From: Malacoraja senta
Lineage: Eukaryota
Direction: 5' to 3'
Assembly (NCBI GenBank): GCA_038087875.1
Contig: CM075992.1
Location: forward strand, 8,062,001-8,126,000
Length of the DNA: 64,000 nt
Part shown: in pieces, positions 59,575-64,000 of the stretch
How the letters are laid out: the number at the start of each line of letters is the position of its first letter
Position numbering within the stretch: position 1 is the stretch's first letter
The notes under the pieces: model-generated
The model's database searches: none
The model's input: only the letters and a program-made list of their open reading frames with translations
What the model was told of the DNA's origin: nothing
Program-made: the position numbers and the translations under genes

Positions 59575-61807
59575 ACCTTATACTTGAGTGTCAGGCCCCG
59601 CACTACTATTAACATTTACATCTCATAATGTAGTTTAGTTTAGAGATACGGCGCGGAAACACTGAGTCCGCACCGACCAGCGATCCCCGCACACTGACAC
59701 AAGCCTACAGACACTAGAGGCAATTTACACTTATACCCAGTATGCAAACCCAAGCCAATTAACCTACAAACCTGTACGTCTTTGGAGTGTGGGAGGAAAC
59801 CCGAAGATCTCGGAGAAAACCCACGCAGGTCACGGGGAGAACTTACAGACAAGACAGCACCCGGAGTCCGAACCCTGTCTCTAGCACTGCAAGCGCTGTA
59901 AGGCAGCAACTCTACCGCTGTGCCACCGTGCCGCCCGATTGAAGGTGAAGCTCAATTTTAGTGCCTCTTTAAAAGCCAACGCAGGGAGTTTGACATTTGG
60001 GATATTTCACACCAGTCGTTCAATAGCTGAAGAGAGAGTACTCAGCCTTGATACCTGGTCGTGAGTTGAGAGGGGCTCTTTAGCCAATGTAGCTATAAGA
60101 ATATAGGGACAGTGGCGCAGCGGTAGAGTTCCTGCTTTACAATGCCAGAGACCCTGGTTTGACCCTGACCATGGGTGTTGTCTGTATGGAGTTTGTGCGT
60201 TCTCTCTAAGACCGTCTGGGTTTTCTCCAGGTGCTCCGATTTCCTCCCACACTCCAAGGTTTGTTGGTTAATTCTTGTGTGAGAAGCACTAATGCCCCTC
60301 GTGGTGGGAAGTGTTCAGTCAAGTTTCTGGAGTGGCAAAACAACGCAAAAAAATAGTTGTTATTGCAATTCCTTCCATCTAAAGTGTACTTCTAGTTGTG
60401 CAGTGTTGAAATAAACAGGAGATGGTCGAAGCAAAGAACTGCAGGTGCTGGTTTATAAACAAAAAGACTCAAAGTGCTGGAGTAACTGCAGGTCCGGCAG
60501 CATCCATGGAGAACGTGGATAGGTAACATTTCGAGTTGGGTCCCTTCATCAGACTGATAACATTGGATTTGTTAATGGTCATATACAAGACAGAATAGTG
60601 CGGCAGCAGGTGGAGCTGCTGTCTCACAGCGCCAGAGATTCGGACTTTGGTTGCCGTCTATGTGGAGTTTGCACGAGTTTGGATTTTCCTCCGGGTGCTC
60701 CAGTTTCCTCCCACACTACGAAGACGTGCGGGTTTGTAGATTATCTGGCCTCTGTAAATTGTACACCAGTGTGTTGGGATTGGATGGGAAAGTGGGATAA
60801 CATAGAACTAGTGTGAACAGGTGATTGATGGCTGAAGGGCCTGTATCCCTGCTGTATCTCTGAACATAAGGGAGGGGCACAGTGGCGTAGTGGTAAAGCT
60901 GCTGCCTCACAGCGCCAGAGACCCGGGTTCGATCCTGACTATGGGTGCTGTCCGTACGGAGTTTGTACGTGCTCCCCGTGACCGAGTGTGTTTTCTCCAG
61001 GTGCTCCGGTTTCCTCCACACTCTAAAGACGTGCAGGTTTGTAGATGAATTGGCTTCTGTAAATTGTCCCTTATTATGTACCTACATAATTGTGGGTAAC
61101 ATATGATTAGTGTGAACAGGTGATCGACGGTCAGCATGGACTCCGTGGGCCGAAGGGCCCGCTTCCATGCTCCACCTCTGAACATATACACCAGGATGCA
61201 ATGAAATTCCTCCTTTGCATGGAATTCACAGTTTATACACGATATATATGATGATGATGATAAATACAACAATAAATACAAAGAGTGCAAACTGCAGAAT
61301 GGTGCAAGATGCTGCAAGTAAGAATTTAATTGTTCTGTCTGGGACATATGACAATAAAACTCTCTTGACTCATGATTGTAGTGCAATCCGAAGTAGTACG
61401 GAAATATTAACGTGTAACAGCGGAACAACCAAATGACATGAGGAATATGAAGTGCAGTGATTGTTAGAATGTCTCACAAGCTAGCGTGGCAAGACATTCT
61501 AAAAGATAAGAGAAAGCGATTTAGCTCTTGGGGCTAAAGGAATCAATTAATATGGGGAAAAAGCAAGGAACGGGATACTGATTTTGGATGATCAGCCATG
61601 ATCATATTGAATGGCGGTGCTGGCTCGAAAGGCCGAATGGCCTACTCCTGCACCTATTTTTCTATGTTTCTATCAATGAGACAATGTGGTTTGTGTTCGG
61701 AGGAATGGATTATTTTGGGCTTTCTGGGCAAAAAGGTCGTGGCTTTCGTTCTAATTTCATGACTTGTTGGAGGTCTGCCATAACCAATGTTTTGTTTATT
61801 TTTACAG

Positions 61808-61874
61808 CATGGAGATTGAGCAGAAGCTGCAAGAGATTATGAAACAAACTGGGTACCTGACAATAGGAGGCCAG
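61808..61874 (+). CDS. MAP2K7: MKK7 coding exon 4 (gene continues beyond the right edge)
   Basis: 67 nt, tttttacag| acceptor, CAG|gtaag donor; MEIEQKLQEIMKQTGYLTIGGQ. Confidence 0.95.
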
Positions 61875-62431
61875 GTAAGAGATATGATAGTTGCTCCTTA
61901 TGCTTCATCGACCTCTTGGTTGAAGCGTGTTGGAACTGCGAAAGCCAGACACAAAGTGCTGGAGTAACTTAGTGGGTCAGGCAGCACCTCTGGAGAAAAA
62001 GAATGGGTGACGTATCTGGTTGGGACCCTTCAGAGGTGAACGTCGGTCCCGACCCAAAACGTCACCCATCCTTTTTCTCCAGAGATGCTGCCTGACCCGC
62101 TGAGTTACTCCAGCACTGTGTGTCCATCTTCGGTATAAACCAGCATCTGCATACTGTTAGAAAAGCCCCAGATGTGGAAAACTATGAGGAACATAGGGAC
62201 AGCTGTAGATCATTCAGCTCCTCAAGAATACTTTGCCATTGAGTTAAATTATTGTCTTGGTTCCACCTGCCGGTCCAGTGTCCTCATCCCTCACCCAGTA
62301 ACAGTTACTGCCGTGAAGTTTTAAGTTGACCGCCGGCCTCGGCAGGTTTTGAAGGTGAGTCGTATATCACAACCATCCTTGACATGAAGTTGTAGCGCCT
62401 GACATTCCCCGCTGAACAGCATACACCTTTT

Positions 62432-63069
62432 TCAAGTTGTGTTTTTCTTGATCTGTACCCTATCACTGAAGGAAATCAAACGCCTTGATTCAGCATCAGA
62501 AGCTTCAACTTCAGTAATGTTATTTGCAGCAAAAAACATCTCTAAACGTTCGATGTACGCACTGAACCTTTCCCGGCTCTGCTGGAACTCACCCAATCGT
62601 CCGACATACCTGCTGGGCACCGCCATTTTGGATTTCTAACAGTCTCACATAATTCAAACTTTGTGACCAGATTTTCAGCTTTGCCTGGCACCAAACCTTC
62701 GCGGTGCCTCTGTAGAATTCCCAATTAAAGGTTCAAAGGCTCATTTATTGTCACATACACCAATTGGTGTTGTGAAATTCAAGTTGCCATTGCAGCACAT
62801 TAATAAGAATACAACATAACATTATAAAGAAATTTAACATAAAACATAAAAACATCCCCCCACAATGGTTCCCACTGTGAGGGAAGGCACAAAGTCCAGT
62901 CCCTTAAAGCTGGGGAATCTGCGATCCCATCCTCGTCGCCATTTTGTGATATCTTAAGCTCAGACACGGAGTACCAGTTGATTCACTGGTGACCAGAACT
63001 TCTCTGCGCATCTGTATTGTGGTTTATTCAATCATTTCCGACCCTCCAACCAAAGGTGGCGCTTTTACA
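62432..63069 (-). mobile_element. Gypsy-type LTR retrotransposon remnant (candidate 5' LTR, tRNA-Ser PBS, gag N-terminus)
   Basis: Minus strand ...ATATCACA aaa TGGCGACGAGGATGGGAT (PBS 62924-62941); ORF 62432-62626 VGRLGEF...FSAYIERLEMFFAANNI; LTR outer end tentative. Confidence 0.7.
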
Positions 63070-63649
63070 ATAGTTTCTTTAGATTAGCCGTTAATTTTTT
63101 TAAACACCTCCCAATTATTCTGCCATGTAACTGTATTCAGGGGAACCCCAATTATTCTACGATACGATATGTCATCCCTGGAGTGAAATTCCAGTGACTT
63201 TAGTCATCCCTGGAGTGAAATTTGTCTGCCATTTAACTGTCTGTAATCAGTGGAATACATGGCTAGTCTAAAGAACCTGGCCATATTGCCTAATCCTTTT
63301 CGCCCCTGGAGTATTCAGGTGAATCTGTACTGCATCGCAGTGACAATGTATCTCCCTGAGGTGCTTTCCCCTTAATTTATTTTGTTAATTCGGATGGAGT
63401 CTGACCAGAAGTCTAAAAATCTTCGCTACTTCTAACCTTATTGTGTTAAATGCCGTAGTCACATTAGCTTTTGTGATTTTGTACATATGAAATGGAATTT
63501 AGATTTTCCCATTCTTGAATCCAAAAAACTTTTATCAACAATTTTGTGTTTTTTTCATTTTGAAAAATCTTTGATCTGTCTTGCTTCACAAACCTACCCA
63601 TTCATTTCACACCTCTCCTCTCGCTTTGCCCCACCTACTATAATCAGTC

Positions 63650-63955
63650 TGAGAACCAGGGGCCACAGTCTTAGAATAAAGGGGAAGCCATTTAAGGCTG
63701 AGGTAAGAAAAAACTTTTTCACCCAGAGAGTTGTGAATTTGTGGAATTCCCTGCCACAGAGGGCAGTGGAGGCCAAGTCACTGGATGGATTTAAGAGAGA
63801 GTTAGATCGAGCTCTCAGGGCTGGTGGAATCAAGGGATATGAGGAGAAGGCAGGCACGGGTTATTGATTGGGGACGATCAGCCATGATCACAATGAATGG
63901 CGGTGCTGGCTCGAAGGGCCGAATGGCCTCCTGCACCTATTTTCTATGTTTCTAT
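63650..63955 (+). mobile_element. CR1 LINE 3' fragment
   Basis: RTRGHSLRIKG...FFTQRVVNLWNSLP...GTGY* and tail. Confidence 0.88.
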
Positions 63956-64000
63956 TTACGAAGGGTGCCTGTTCCTCCACAGATTCTGCCTGACCCTCTG

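Overview
Vertebrate genomic DNA, very probably a cartilaginous fish (skate/ray-like, inferred from HE1-type tRNA SINEs, CR1/HER1 LINE fragments and abundant Penelope remnants). Three host genes are present: the first four coding exons of MCOLN1/TRPML1 (minus strand, ATG at 24154, gene continues off the left edge), a single-exon 835-aa LRRC8 (VRAC) subunit that is LRRC8D-like in sequence but sits where mammals have LRRC8E (31158-33665), and the first four coding exons of MAP2K7 including the 48-nt cassette exon (plus strand, ATG at 39564, gene continues off the right edge). Most of the remaining sequence is transposon-derived. The most notable observation is a ~150-nt TSD-flanked retroposon (two copies, both sense inside MCOLN1 introns) whose 5' end is a 54-nt minimal HDV/CPEB3-like ribozyme fold starting at the element boundary. 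Many Penelope-derived repeats also carry minimal hammerhead ribozyme cores. All structures were paired by eye; no folding or database search was run.
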